A stretch of DNA of 64,000 nucleotides, taken from the NCBI RefSeq assembly GCF_030144855.1, contig NC_082711.1:104098001-104162000 (forward strand), in the 5' to 3' direction. Under the pieces are notes generated by a model, which saw only the letters and a list, made by a program, of their open reading frames with translations, had not been told where the DNA came from and did not search any database. This document shows, in pieces, positions 23,301 through 36,382 of the stretch (position 1 is its first letter; the number at the start of each line of letters is the position of its first letter). The stretch comes from Hypanus sabinus. Lineage: Eukaryota. Both the position numbers and the translations under genes were made by a program.

Positions 23301-23411
23301 GGTTCAGTGAAAGCCTCTGTATGTAAATATCGATTTTGCCGTCCCAGATAAAGTTGTCCCTTTGGGCATGAAGTTGTCGAGTGGTCCTTTTTCAAATTAG
23401 AAGTTACCACA
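20343..23411 (+). mobile_element. Internally deleted Gypsy (Mag/K02A2.6-like) LTR element, gag plus integrase only
   Basis: Diverged LTRs 20343-20571 and 23126-23411; PPT cgggagaag; gag FFCANGI..LRDRLVCG with two Zn knuckles; IN H2C2 (HETHPG..C.QC) and core (LHLDFAGP, VTDNG, SNGLAER). Confidence 0.88.
20578..20588 (+). promoter_or_regulatory. Primer-binding site, tRNA-Ser(GCU)-type
   Basis: TGGCGACGAGG, 6 nt after the LTR end. Confidence 0.7.
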
Positions 23412-23419
23412 GTCACCTC

Positions 23420-25030
23420 CTCCAAGCCCCAGAGACCTCCCTGACTCTTAACCCCACGCCAACCCCATTAGACCTCTCTCTAATCCCAATCCAACCCCCA
23501 TCTCTGTAGCAGTCCCAGACTCGACAGATTCCCCCTGTACCTGTTACAGCCTCCAGACCCTATATTACTCTATGCCTTTTACTCCCTCCAACCCTTATAG
23601 ACCTCTGTCTCAGTAACTCCCTCCAACCTCTATAGAACTCCCTTTGACAGTCTCCAGACCATACAGACCTCTTTGTCTCAATAACACAGCTCGAAACCCT
23701 TTTGACCTCCCTCTCTGTAACACGCCTCCAATCCCTATAGACTTTCCTGGCTCTGTGACAGTCTCCAGACCAGAGAGATCTCCCTGTCTCTGTAAACCCA
23801 ATAGAACCCTTCAGACCCCCTCTCTGTAACCCCAGTCTAATCCCTATAGGTGACCCTGTCCCTGTAACAGTCACCAATCTCTGCTGATCCCCTCTCTCTG
23901 TAAACCCCTGCAACCTCTACAGACATCCCAGTCTCAGTTACAGTTTCCAGATCCTATAGACCTACATATCTCCATAACTATCTTCAGTCCTTTAGACCTC
24001 CCTGTCTCTGTAACCCCCACCATACATATAGGTCTCCCTATCTCTGTAACCTCCTCCAACTCTCATACAATCCCCTGCCACTGTATCCCATCGAACTACT
24101 CCAGACCTCCCTGTCTCTATATCCCCCTCAAATGCCTACACACCTCCCTGTGTCTGTAATCCCCTCCAACACCAATAGACCTCGCTTTCACTGTAACACC
24201 CTCCAACCTCTATCCCTGTAACAGTCGCCAACCCTCAAGTGACAGTCTGCAGAACTGATGGGCCTCCATCTCTATAAACCCCCCCTACCCCCTATGGACC
24301 CCCCTGTCTCTGTAACAGTCACCCAATTGTGATAGACCTTTCTCTATCTGTAAACCAACTCCCTCTCTCTCTGTAACCACCTGCAACATCTATAGACCTC
24401 CCTATCCCTGTAACAGTCTCCAGACCCTATAGTCCACCCTCCCTGTAACACCCTCCAACACATATACACCTCCCAGTCTCCATAACCCCCTCCAAAACCT
24501 TCAGACCTCCCTGACTCCGTAATCCCTACAACCCATATAGACCTCCCTGTCTCTGTAACACCCTCCGGATCCCTGGAGACCTCCCTGCCTTTGTAACAGT
24601 CTACAGCCCCTGGAGACCTTCATGGCTCAGTAACCCACTCCAACCCCTATAAACCTCCTGTGCCTGTAAACCCTTCCAACCCCTACAGACCTTATCACCT
24701 CTGTAACCCGCTCCATCCCCTATAGACCTCCCTGCCTCTGTAACAGTCTACAGCCCCTGGAGACCTTCATGTCTCAGTAACCCACTCCAACCCCTATAAA
24801 CCTCCTGTGCCTGTAAACCCTTCCAACCCCTACAGACCTTATCACCTCTGTAACCCGCTCCATCCCCTATAGACCTCCCTGCCTCTGTAACAGTCTACAG
24901 CCCCTGGAGACCTTCATGTCTCAGTAACCCACTCCAACCCCTATAAACCTCCTGTGCCTGTAAACCCTTCCAACCCCTACAGACCTTATCGCCTCTGTAA
25001 CCCGCTCCATCCCCTATAGACCTCCCTGTC
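23420..25030. repeat. C-rich satellite (~35-bp degenerate units) with a 147-bp higher-order repeat
   Basis: Recurrent tagacctccctgtctctgtaac; anchor ctacagcccctggagacc recurs at 24601, 24748 and 24895. Confidence 0.9.
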
Positions 25031-26420
25031 TCTGTAACAGGCTCCAAACTGGTGAACTCTCCTCCTCGGGAAATGGGGTTTCAATGAAGGGTTTAAGGAA
25101 TGCAGAGACGGACAGTCTTCCTCATCGTACTCCAGATCACTGCTCAGGCTCGTGTCGGGGAGCTCGGATCCCCTGGTTAACTGGAGAACCAGGTAACCTG
25201 GATGAGTGTTTCCCTCTCCCGGTGGAGGTAGTGCCGCCTCGACTTGTTACCTCCTCCCAATGGGACAGGATCCGGCAGGCATGGGGTGGCCAACTGGAAC
25301 CTCGAACTGGGTCAGTTTAGTTGTTCAGTTGGCATGATTTTGTAAGGTCTACAGGACGGTGGGCAGTGTCTTGGGCCATTTTTACCCATTTTCTTGACAT
25401 GCTTTAGTCAATGTATATCTTTGCATCCCGTTCATTCATTCCACCAGCCCAGGGGTGGGGTAGATCTATGTGTCGCTACAAGGTCCTCTAGAGTGGGCCA
25501 CACGGGAGGTGTAATTTTACACACAGCTTGGACAGGGACCTGTCGGTTCACGTCTCCCACACCAGCCTGATTGTCTGCTGTATCTGCTGTCACGTTGCCC
25601 TGTGTTACGGGATCCGGGTACCAGTGTGTGTGTCGCACTTGATTATTGCTAAACTATTTGGCAGCTGCACTGCCTGTAGCAGGTTCACCATCAAACTAGT
25701 GTGTTGTGTGGGCTTCCCAGATGAAGTAATAAATCCCCTATTTTTCCACAGGGTCCCGAAGTCATGTACTACCCCAAAGGCAAAACAAGAGTCAATATAG
25801 ATATTGATGGTCTTCCCGGTGGCGAAGGTACAGGTCCGGGTTAACACACAGGACTCACCTGCCTCAGAGGATGTGCCGAGGGGGAGGGCTGATGTTACTA
25901 TCTCCTCTACATTCAGCCAACCATGGGGTTCATCAGGACCAGGGAGAGGCATTAAAGGGGAAGATTTAGGGCTGTTGCTGTGTGAAAAGAGAGGTTCGGT
26001 TTACATAACAACATCACGTCTTAGCCGGTTCGGCGAGTTACGGTCAAATGCTGTTGCTGCTGAGTTGAGGAGCGGCAGCACTGAGTGGGGAGTGAGAACG
26101 GTGCAGCCATGATCTAAGACCAGTGGCGTGGCCTTTCCCACCATAATGATGGTGGCGGCCACGGAACGGAGGCAGGTAGGCATGCTGCAGACCTCAGGGG
26201 GCAGAAGGGTCGAATAGTTGGCTACAGACCACCAAAGTCCACCATGTTCTTGGGACACAACAACACTAGTAAAACCCTCCTTTTCATTGACAAAATGCAG
26301 GAAGGGCTTATTATAGTTTGGTAACCCTAGTGCAGGAGCCTGTGTCAGAGCTTGTGTCAGGCCGGTGAAGGACTTTTCCATTTCCTCTGTCCCGTGGATG
26401 ATTTTGAGCGCAGTTTGTAT
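25028..26420 (-). mobile_element. Class I (epsilon-like) endogenous retrovirus pol remnant
   Basis: ORF 26001-26519 gives the tether (QAPALGLPNYNKPF, MPTCLRSVAA); ORF 25605-25952 gives RNase H (INIYIDS..FGVVHDFGTLWKNRGFITSSGKP..IIKCDTH); integrase traces at 25330-25500. Confidence 0.8.
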
Positions 26421-29250
26421 CAAAGCCTTTTTATCAAATGGGACCTTTTCAGAATGGCACTGAGGGCAATCTGTTGGATGAGGACATAGCCGCCCGGGCC
26501 AGAATCCCTCGGGAACCACTCACCTGCCCCTTGGAGGCCCGGGGCCTGGACGGTAGGCTGCTGGCTTGGGTAACCCACCGCAGATCACCCTTAACACTAA
26601 TCCTGTCCGGTAACCACCAAGAGAAGGTTAGATTCGATCTAATCCACTCGCCTCGAGCCCCGGTGGTACTAGGATACCCACAATCCCCAGTTCGACTGGA
26701 CTGCCGGGAGGATAGCCAGGTGGAGTTGGGCATGCCCCGCCCACTGTCTACGGTCGGCCCCACCTCCCAGGGAGGCTCCGGCGACCCCACTGGTCTCCGA
26801 AGTATTTGACCTCTCCAGGGTACCTGCTGAATACCACGACCTGGGACAGGTGTTCAGCAAACAACGAGCACTTGCCCTGCCTCCGTACCGCCCTTATGAC
26901 TATGCCATCGACCTTCTCCCTGGGCCCCACCACCCACCAGTTGCCCCTATAATTTATCGCGGCCAAAGAGGGAGGCCATGGAGAATTACCTGAGCGAGTC
27001 CCTCGCAGCGGGCCTCATCAGGCCCTCTTCCTCCCCTGTGGCCGCGGGGTTCTTCTTTGTGGAAAAGAAAGATGGATCGCTTCGAAACTACATCGATTAT
27101 CGAGGCTTGAACAATATAACCATTAGGATCAAATACCCACTACCTCTCATTAGTTCAGCCTTCGACCCGCTACACGGAATGACCATCTTTTCCTAGCTGG
27201 ACCTACGGAATGTCTACCACCCCGTTAGGATACGGGAAGGGGATGAGTGGAAGAGAGCCTTTAACACCCCTCTGGGCCATTTTGAATATCTTATAATGCT
27301 GTTTGGCCTTACTAATGCTCCCGCCGTTTTCCAGGCCTTCATCAATGATGTGTTTAGGGACTTCATTAGCTATTTTGTGTTCATCTATCTAGACGACATC
27401 CTGATCTTTACCCGCAGCCTGCAAGAACATGTTGGCCATGTCCATAGAGTCCTTCAGAGGCTGTGGGAAAACCAACTGTTTCTGAAGGCGGAGAAATGTG
27501 AGTTTCATGTCCCTTCGGTCAGTTTCCTAGCATACATCATCGAAGATGGGCAGGTGAGAGCGGGCCCCGAGGAGATCCATGCGGTGGAGGAATGGCCTAG
27601 GCCCACGACCCATAAGCAACTCCAGCGGTTCCTGAGGTAAGTGAACTTCTACCGCTGTTTTATCAGGGACTTCTGTCGGGTGGCAGCCCCCCTCACCCAG
27701 CTTACCTCACCCTCCACACCCTTTTCTTGGGACACCGAAGTGGAAGCTGCATTCACTAACTTAAAGAGACGCTTTACCACCGCCCCCATCCTGATCCATC
27801 CGGACCCATCCCGACAATTCATCGTGAAGGTGGACACTTCAGATTCCGGGGTAGGAGCAGTCCTGTCCCAACGGTCAGGTACGGACGAAAGGGTTCACCC
27901 CGTGCTTTCTTTTCCCACCGATTGTCCCCCATGGAACGGAATTATGACGTGGGAAATTGAGAGTTATTGGTGGTCAAACTGGCGCTGGAAGAGTGAAGGC
28001 ACTGGCTGGAGAGGGCAGAGCATCCATTCGTCGTCTGGACAGATCACAAAAACCTGGGGTATATTCAGACCGCTAAGCACCTGAACTCCCGCCAGGCCTG
28101 TTGGGCATTAATCTTTTGGCGATTCAAGTTTACCATCACTTACCGCCCAGGGTCCAAGAACGGAGAGCCGGGCACGCTCTCCCGCCAATATGATTCCAGG
28201 GAGGACACCTCCAGTCCAGAAACGACCATGCCACCCCCCCACCTCCATCCTGCGTGGTGGACTCCCTCACCTGGGAGATCGAGTCCGTGGTAAAGGAAGC
28301 CCAACGGGATGACCCAGACCAGGTAAGGGACCCAGCAACTGCATCTTTGTACCCAAACACATCCAATCTCATGTCTTCCAGTGGGGGCATGTGTCTCGAA
28401 TTGCCTGCCACCCCGGAAGTAACCGAACCTTGACACTCCTGAGAAGACATTTTTGGTGGCCCTCCATGGAGGCAGACACTCGCTCGTACGTCGCGGCACG
28501 TCCTGGGGGAAGGCCTCTCATCGACAGCCTGCGGGATTGCTTTACCCCCTGCCTGATCCTGGCCGCCCATGGTCGCACATCACCCTGGACTTCGTCACAG
28601 GTCTTCCCAAATCCCGCGGAAATACGACCATTCTCACCGTGGTAGACAGGTTTTTGAAGGCTGTGCATTTTGTGGGCCTACCTAAACTCCCCACTGCCCA
28701 AGGGACCGCTGACCTCCTTGTCCGCTATGTTCTCCGTCTCCACGGAATCCCCACCAACATCATCTCAGACCGAGATCCCCAGTTTGTCTCCAAGGTGTGG
28801 AGAGCATTCTGCCAAGCATTGGGTGCATCAGTCAGCCTATCATCCAGCTCACACCCCCAGACAAATGGACAGACGGAGCAGATTAACCAGGACCTGGAAA
28901 CAACTTTGCATTGCGTGACCGAAAACAACCCAGCCACCTGAACGACCAATTCCCATGAGTCGAGTACACCCACAACTCCCTCGTGGAAAGTCCCCATTCG
29001 AGTGCTCACTGGGAGCACAAGAAGCACAAGAAGCAGAGATTGCAGTACCATCCGTCCGCGATCATATCGACTGGTGCTGCAGGAGAGACGTGCAGCCCTA
29101 GCCGATCACTACAAGGACACAGCCGACTGACACCGGACCCCGGATCTTGACTCAGCCTGGTCCCAGTTCTACACTCGCTACGGAGATCCTGCCTCTGCGT
29201 CAGAGTCCTGCACTTGGGTTCGTTTTTCTGACACATCCGTGTCGCACACT
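26420..29250 (+). mobile_element. Sushi/Tf2-type Gypsy pol (PR-RT-RH-IN), disrupted
   Basis: [83 protein letters not shown]; LTR-like end at ~29250. Confidence 0.9.
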
Positions 29251-29269
29251 GAGGTAACCTCCATTGCTT

Positions 29270-30990
29270 CATTGGGAAAGAATTACACAGATTCACCACT
29301 CTTTGGAAAAGTAGTTCCTCCTCATCTTTATCCTAAATCTACTCCCCCAAACCTTGTGGCTATGCCCGCTAGTTCTAGTCTCACCAACCAGCGGAAATAA
29401 CTTTTTTGCCTCTAACTTAATCTATCCCTTTCATAATTTTATATATTTCAATAAGATTTCCTCTCATTCTACTGACTCCCAGGTGACTCAATCTCTTCTC
29501 ATCGTCTAACCTCTCATGTCTGGAATCAACCTGGTGAACCTCCTCTGCACCACCTCCAAAGCCAGTATATCCTTCCTCAAGTAATGAGACCAGAACTGCA
29601 CACAGTACTCCAGATGCAGCCTCACCAGTACCCTGTACAGTTGCAGCATAACCTCCCTGCCCTTAAATTCAATCCCTCTAGCAATGAAGGCCGACACCCC
29701 ATTTGCCTTCTTGATGGCCTTTTGCACCTGCAAACCAACCTTTAGTGATTCATGCACAAGTACTCCCAAGACCCTCTGCACAGCAGCATGCTGGAAATTT
29801 TTTACCATTTAAATATTAATTTGTTTTTCCTTTTTTCCTTCCAAACTGGATGACCTCACATTTTACCAACATTGTACTCCATCTGCCAGACCCTTTCCCA
29901 ATCATTTAACATATCTATATCTTTCTGCAGACTCTCCAAATCCTCTGCACATTTTGCTTTTCCACTGAACTTAGTATCATCAGTAAACTTAGTTACACTG
30001 CTCTTGCTCCCCTCCGCCAGATCGCAAATGTGTATCGTGAACAATTCTGCGCCCAGAACCAACCCCTGCAGTACACAATCGCCACTGATTTCCAACCAGA
30101 GAAACACCCATGTATACCAACTCTCTGCTTTCTATTGGTTAACCAATTCTTTGTCTACGCTAATATGTCACCCCCAACTCTATGCATCATTATCTTACAG
30201 ATAAGTCTTTTATGCAGCACTTTATCGAACGCCTTCTGGAAATCCATGAAAATAATGCCCATCTGTTCCCCTCTATACACTGTGCTCATTATATTCTCAA
30301 AGAATTCCAGAAAGTTGGTCAAACATGACCTGCCTTTGCTGAATCCATGCTGAGTCTGCCTGATTGATCCATTTCTTTCCAGATGCCTTGCTATTTAATC
30401 TTTAATGATAGTTTAAAGCATTTTCACAACTACAGATGTTAAACTAATTGGTCTATAGGTATCTGCCTTTTGCACACATACTTTTTGAACAGTGATGTGA
30501 CATTTGCCATCTTCCAATCTGCCTGGACCTGCCCAGAGTCTAGAGAATTTTGGTAAAACGTCACCAAAGCTTCTATAACTTATATAATTTTTTCTATAAT
30601 TATCTTCCATAATTTCTGCTATTTCTCTCAGTATCCTGGGATGCATTCTATCAGGATCAGGGGATTTATCCATCTTCAGGCCCTTTAGTGATAGCTATTG
30701 TATCCATTGTATTATAGCTATTGTACCTCCCATAGCATCCTGAAGATCTCTCTTTGGTATGTCAGACGAGTCCTCCACCATAAAAACTGACACAAAATGG
30801 TCATTCAAAGCCTCTACCATTTCCTCATTGCCCAATATCAATTCCTCTTTCTCATCATCCAAGGGACCTATGTTCACTTTAACCACACTTTTCCACTTTA
30901 TATAATTATAAGAACTTCTACTATCCTTTTTTATAGTCTGTGCTAGTTAATCTCATAATCTACCTTCCTTTTCTTTATTGCTCACTTAGT
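29270..30990 (-). mobile_element. CR1 LINE, 5'-truncated
   Basis: DKSPDPDRMHPR, YRPISLTS, KFTDDTK, RLHLEYCVQFWS, QRRFTRLIP in minus-strand ORFs. Confidence 0.88.
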
Positions 30991-31039
30991 GGATCTTTGT
31001 TGCTTTTTAAAGTTTCCCAATTCCAGTTTCCCGTGACTC

Positions 31040-31872
31040 TTGTTGACTTTGTATGCGTGACAAACCGGCATACAGAGAGGAGTAGAGAGGCTTGTCACGT
31101 GGTGAGAGAACAGCCTGAGTCTTCATGTAGACAAGACAAAAGAGGTGATCGTGGACTTCAGGAAGGTGTCTGTTGACCACTCTCCATTGCACATCAGGGA
31201 CTCTGCTGTGGAGACAGTGAAGAACACAAAGTTCCCTGGTGCACTCAGAACAGACAATCTAATCTGTACCTGTTACTCCTCCTCATTGGTCAAGAAGTCA
31301 CAGCATCGTCTATACTTTCTGAGGAGACTGAGGCATACAAGGCTCCCTGCCCGCATTCTAACAACTTTCTACAGGAGCACCATTGAAAGTGTCCTGTCTG
31401 GCTGCATCATCGTGTGATATCGAAGCCACAAGGCATAGGACCGCAGTCCCTACAGAGGACAGTAAAAGCCACCACGAGGTTCAGTAGGGTCTCCCTCCCC
31501 TCGTTTCTCACAGTTACTGTGAGCACTGTATATGAAGAGCCCAAAGTTTTGATGAAGATCCATTCCACCCATCCCAAACTCACCACCACCATCAGGACTA
31601 GGACTGCCAGACTGAGTAACAGCTTCTTCCCCCAGACTCTGAGACAGATGACTCCTCTGTCAGCACCGAGGTCTCATCACTTGGATAGGGAACAGCTTAC
31701 CTGTGCTGAACACCACATGGGCTCTGAATTACATTTTATTATTTGTGGGAATAACGTGATGTTTTATGTGTTGTGTGTGGTCTACGTCTTGTGGGTGTGT
31801 CACACTGCAGAAGGAACGTTGTTTCATTTGGCTGTAAATAAAAAGTGGGATGAGAATAAACTTGAACTTGAG
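31040..31872 (+). mobile_element. Rex1/Babar- or L2-type LINE 3' part
   Basis: MIVDFRK...RLYFLRRLR...ILTTFYRSTIESVLSGCIIV; tail aacttgaacttga. Confidence 0.75.
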
Positions 31873-31874
31873 TA

Positions 31875-32090
31875 AGTGATGGGCAGATAATGGAGGCATC
31901 CGGCACCAGAGGGCATAGGTTTAATCAGAGGAGTAGGGGATTTGAGGGGATCTCGGGAAAGCAAGTTTGCAACCTGAAACATAGTTCTCTCACAGTATTT
32001 AAAAAGTATCTGGTGAGCACTCGAATAGTCAGGCACAGAGGCTACAGAGCAAGTGTTGGTGAATGGGTTTGGTACAGATGGTACTCATAT
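31875..32090 (+). mobile_element. Degenerate CR1 3' end
   Basis: TRGHRF remnant in ORF 31890-32192. Confidence 0.45.
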
Positions 32091-32160
32091 AACACCCATG
32101 TATTTGCGACATCAGATGTAGGACACGGATCACATCCATGGAGGATAGATGTCTCCTGGT

Positions 32161-32253
32161 TCACAACGGGTGGATCATTTGAGGGGACCTAGGAGACTTG
32201 ATGGTGTCATACATGGTGGGAGAAATCTCTATCGTCTCCTCTTGTCTGTGAAC
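32161..32253 (-). CDS. Gene B terminal exon with ITSM
   Basis: Acceptor tgtgctttctctccag|G at 32254/32253. The phase-0 frame reads VHRQEETIEISPTMYDTIKSPRSPQMIHPL*; TMYDTI fits TxYxxI/V; phase matches exon 53923-53836. Confidence 0.75.
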   Translation of the reverse strand, partial: VHRQEETIEISPTMYDTIKSPRSPQMIHPL

Positions 32254-32584
32254 CTGGAGAGAAAGCACAGAATTCAGAGACAGGAGATGCAATCGTGGAT
32301 ACGGTAAATGTAGGTGGGAAGACACAAGACCATTTTCTCAATCTGTAAATTCTGCAGATACCCTCCTGCCTCAGCACTACATACCCCTCCACCAACATAT
32401 TATGCACACATTTTGCCTCAAAGCCATCAGTTTTGTGATCAGAACCATTGACATACAACATGAAAAGTCCCCATCACCAACCCCTATGGAACACCACTAG
32501 TCACTGGCAGACAAACAGACCAGGTCCCCTTTATTCCCACTCTTTGTCTCCTGCCAGTCAGCCAATCTTCTGTCCATACTCAAG

Positions 32585-33125
32585 AAAATCTGTAAATGCT
32601 GGAAATCCAAGCAACACACACAAATTACTGGAGGAAGTCAAATGGCCAGGCAGCATCTATGTTATAGTCTCCGACTGTGACCCTTCATCAGGACTGGAAT
32701 AAAAGATGAGAAAGAAGGTGGGAGAGTTGGGGAGGAAGAAGTACAATGTGGTAAGTGATAGGTGAAACCCGGAGAGGGGAGGAGTGAAATAGAGAGCTGG
32801 GAAGTGGATTGGTGAAAGAAATAAAGGGCTGGAGAAGGGGAAACTTGATAGGAGAGACTGGAAGACTGTGGAAGAAAGGATGGGGAGGAGCATCAGAGGG
32901 CAGGTAAGGAGATAAAGTTAGAGAGGGAATTGTGAAAGGGGGAGGCAAGTAACAAAAGTTAGAGAAATTGATTGTCATGCCATCAAGTTGGAGGCTACCC
33001 AGACAGAATATAAGGTGTTGCTCCTCCAACCTGAGTGTGGCCTCAGTGTGGAAACAGAGGGTCCATGAACTGGCATCTCAGAATGGAAATGGGAAGTAGA
33101 AATGACATGGGTGGCCACCGGAAGA
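32585..33125 (-). mobile_element. Penelope-like element 3' fragment
   Basis: ORF 32688-33029 gives MEEQHLIFCLGSLQLDGMTINFSNF; degenerate ctgatga-agggtc core at ~32670-32692. Confidence 0.75.
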
Positions 33126-33289
33126 TCTCTCTTTTCTCTCGGCCAGCTCTCTCTCATTCCTCTGTCATACCCATTGTCCTACTGTACTACTAATAAACTT
33201 CACTTTAGTTTCTCCTTCTCAAATCGTGGGAGGAATCTATCAAATCATCATCACTGTTTACCTTAAGTTCCCTTATGAAATCTGATCAA

Positions 33290-34059
33290 ATGCCAGCGAC
33301 TGGGTGTGATGGAACAGTGTACTCAAATGACTGGGTGTGTGAGTGACAGTCTACCCAGTTAAGGGGTATGTGGGGGGACAGTGTACCCCAGTGACTGAGT
33401 GTGTATGTCTGTGGGAGGGAGGGGGTGTTCTGTGCACCCCAGTGACTGGGTGCATGGGTGGTCAGTGTACCCCACTCTCCCCACCGTTGACTGGATGTGT
33501 GGGGAAGACAGCTTATCCTGGTGACTAGGTGCCTTGGGGGATGGTGTGTCCCAGTGACTGGGTGTGTGAGTGACAGTGTACCCAGATAAGGGGTGTGTAG
33601 GGGGACAGCATACCCCGGTGACTGGCTGTGAGTGTGGGGAGGGGGGAACAGTATACCCCAGTGACTGGGTGTGTGAGTGACAGTGCAACCCCAGTGACTT
33701 GGTGTGCGGGGCAGTGTACCCCAGTGATTGGGTGTGTATGTGGACAGTGTACCCCAGTGACTGTGTGTGCAGAGGAGAGTGTACTCCCGTGAATGGGTGT
33801 GGGGGCTGTATCCCAGTGACTCTGTGTGTGTGCGTTGGGGAGGGAGAGTGGTGTACCCCATTGTCTGTGTGTGGGAGGGAATGTACCCCTGTAACTGTGT
33901 ATTGTGAAGGGAGGTGGTGTGCCCCAGTGACTGGGTGTGGGGGGAGAATGTACCCTGGTGACTAGGTGTGTGCGTGTGAAGAGGGACAGTGTACCCCAGT
34001 GACTGTGTGTGTGCGTCGCGGGACAGTCTTCCCCAGTGACTGGGTGCCTGGGGGGACGG
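33290..34059. repeat. G-rich satellite (ccccagtgactgggtgtgtggggggacagtgta-like units)
   Basis: About 20 degenerate ~33-40-bp units. Confidence 0.9.
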
Positions 34060-34440
34060 TGTGACCCTATGAAACACTCTGGTTCTGTCGACTGTGTAAG
34101 TCTAGGGAAGAAAATCTCCTGCCTCACCAAACATGGGAGATAGAAACACAAGCCCCTCAGAACCCCGTTTGTGTGGATGTTGCGTGAATGCGTTATCCTG
34201 TTACAAATGACCACAAAATAACAGACAGTACACCACATACAATTAAACAATTTAGCTTTATAATTCTTAATTTAACTACAGGGTTAATAAAAACAGCAAG
34301 CTCATAAAGGGCCCATTTTAACAAAACAGTCTAATGTGCACAAGTTGGAGCTCACAGTTTCCCCTTCTTCGATCCTCCTTCGATCTCCCCAGGCTTCGTC
34401 AACTCCTGGCCCCACTCCATGTTCATTCCTATAACCTCTC
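34060..34440. mobile_element. LTR-like segment, left part of an LTR split by L1
   Basis: Starts TG; shares aaagggccc...gtctaat.tgcaca.gttggagctca with 59140-59200; probably resumes at 51693-51886. Confidence 0.5.
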
Positions 34441-36382
34441 TTTCTCAATCTTTATTATTAAGTTTCAAATAGATAAACATAATAATGATAATGATACAAA
34501 GAGATTACATTAATAACGGTTAACATATACAGAAACAGACTCTGAGTAACATATGTAATCTAAGCCTCCCAATCTCTTAAGAACCGAACATGAAAAAGAC
34601 TCAAAACTATTTTATACAGAAAAAAAGTCCCGCTAAACTGAAAAAAATAAAAACAAAACAAAACAAAAGCTGGGCTATCGTGTTTCATAGGTTAAAATCA
34701 TGATTTGTCATTAACTCCGCTCCTCTATACACAAACAAAAAGTTATTGAGAAGGATTCGGAAAAGGTCAGCTTACATCAAATGAAAATGTTGAATAAATG
34801 GCCTCCAAGTTTCTTTCAAATTTAACCGAAGGGTCGATAGTGCCACTCCTGATTTTTTTCTAAGTTTAAACATGTTATAGTTCGGGAAAACGATTGAAAT
34901 GTTGTAGGGGGTTTAGAATCTTTCCATTTAAATAAAATGGATCTTCTGGTTATTAATGTAACAAATTTAATCGAAAGGCAAGCTGAAGGGGATAATTGAC
35001 TAGAGTCCATCACTGGTAATCCAAAAATTGCAGTGATAGGATGAGGTTGTAGATCAATACACAAAACTGCTGAAATAATATCAAAAATGGCTTTCCAATA
35101 TTTTTCCAAAAGAGGACAAGACCAGAACATATGTGTCAAGGAGGCTACCTCAGACTTACTTTGTACGTCTGTCACAGACAGGATTTATTTGGCAATAAAA
35201 ACAAGATAACTTACCCTTGGACATATGGGCACAATGAACCACTTTAAACCGTATCAAAGCATGTCTAGCACACGTTGAAGAAGTGTTAACTAGTTGGAGA
35301 AATTTCTCCCATTTCTCTGTGGATAAAGATACCTGAAGTTCTCTTTCCAATTCATTCTTAATTTTATCAGATGTACCTAGATGTATTTTCATAATCAGAT
35401 CATAAATAATTGCTATTAAACTCTTCTGATAAGGGTTTAAACCTAAAAAATTTCTGTAATTTCAGTTCGATGTGATATCGGAAAAGTAGGTAAAATGAAA
35501 TTCAGGGAGTTTCTAATCTGTAAATATCTGGAAAAAATGTGATCTAGGCAAATTATATTTATTAGACAACTGTTCAAAAGATATAAGACAGTTATCCATG
35601 AATAAATCACGAAAACATATTATTCCCTTCGTTTACCATAAAAGAAAAGCTTGATCAGTTCTGAATGGTCGGAAGAATAAATTAGATATAATAGGACTTG
35701 ATAAGATAAATTTATTCAATCCAAAAAATTTACAAAATTGAAACCACATTCGTATTATATGTTTAGTTATTGAATTAGTCATTAGTTTATTCAGTTTAGT
35801 AAGTGCAAAGGGAAGTGAGGCCCCTAAAATAGAAGCCAATAAGAACACTTGTACAGACTCACACTCGAGGTTCACCCATTGTGCACATTGAATTTCATCC
35901 AGATCTTGTGTCCAGAACATTATATATCAAGTATTAAGAGCCCAATAATAGAATCTTAAATTTGGCATTGCCAAACTGCCATCCTTTTTTAATTTCTGTA
36001 AATATTTCTTACTTAACCTAGGATTTTTTTTATTCTGACATACATATAAAGAAATTTTAGAATCAATAGTATCAAAAAAGGATTTAGAAATGAAGATTGG
36101 TACCACCTGAAATAGATACAGAAATTCAGGTAAAATAATCATCTTAATACCATTAATTCTACCAATCAATGATAAGGACAAAGGGGGGCCATTTAGTAAG
36201 CAATTGTTTAACATGAGCAATTAAGGGAAAAAAGTTAACTTTAAATAGATCCTTATGTTTCTTAGTAATTTTAACACCCAAATAAGTAAAATAATCAGTA
36301 ACCAGTCTAAGTGATAATTGTCTATGGACTGGAACTTGCATATTTAATGGGAAAAGCTCATCTTATTAAGATTCAATTTATA

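Noticed and set aside
24601-24895. 147-bp period equals the nucleosome core length
   Set aside because: Explained by four ~35-bp monomers; three copies cannot support a positioning claim.
33255-33285. Candidate micro-exon cag|ATTTCATAAGGGAACTTAAG|gtaaac (- strand)
   Set aside because: Poor acceptor, and not needed: exons 53923-53836 and 32253-32161 already join in phase.
33286-34250. His/Thr/Pro-rich ORFs here and at 52874-53547
   Set aside because: Translations of the G-rich satellite.
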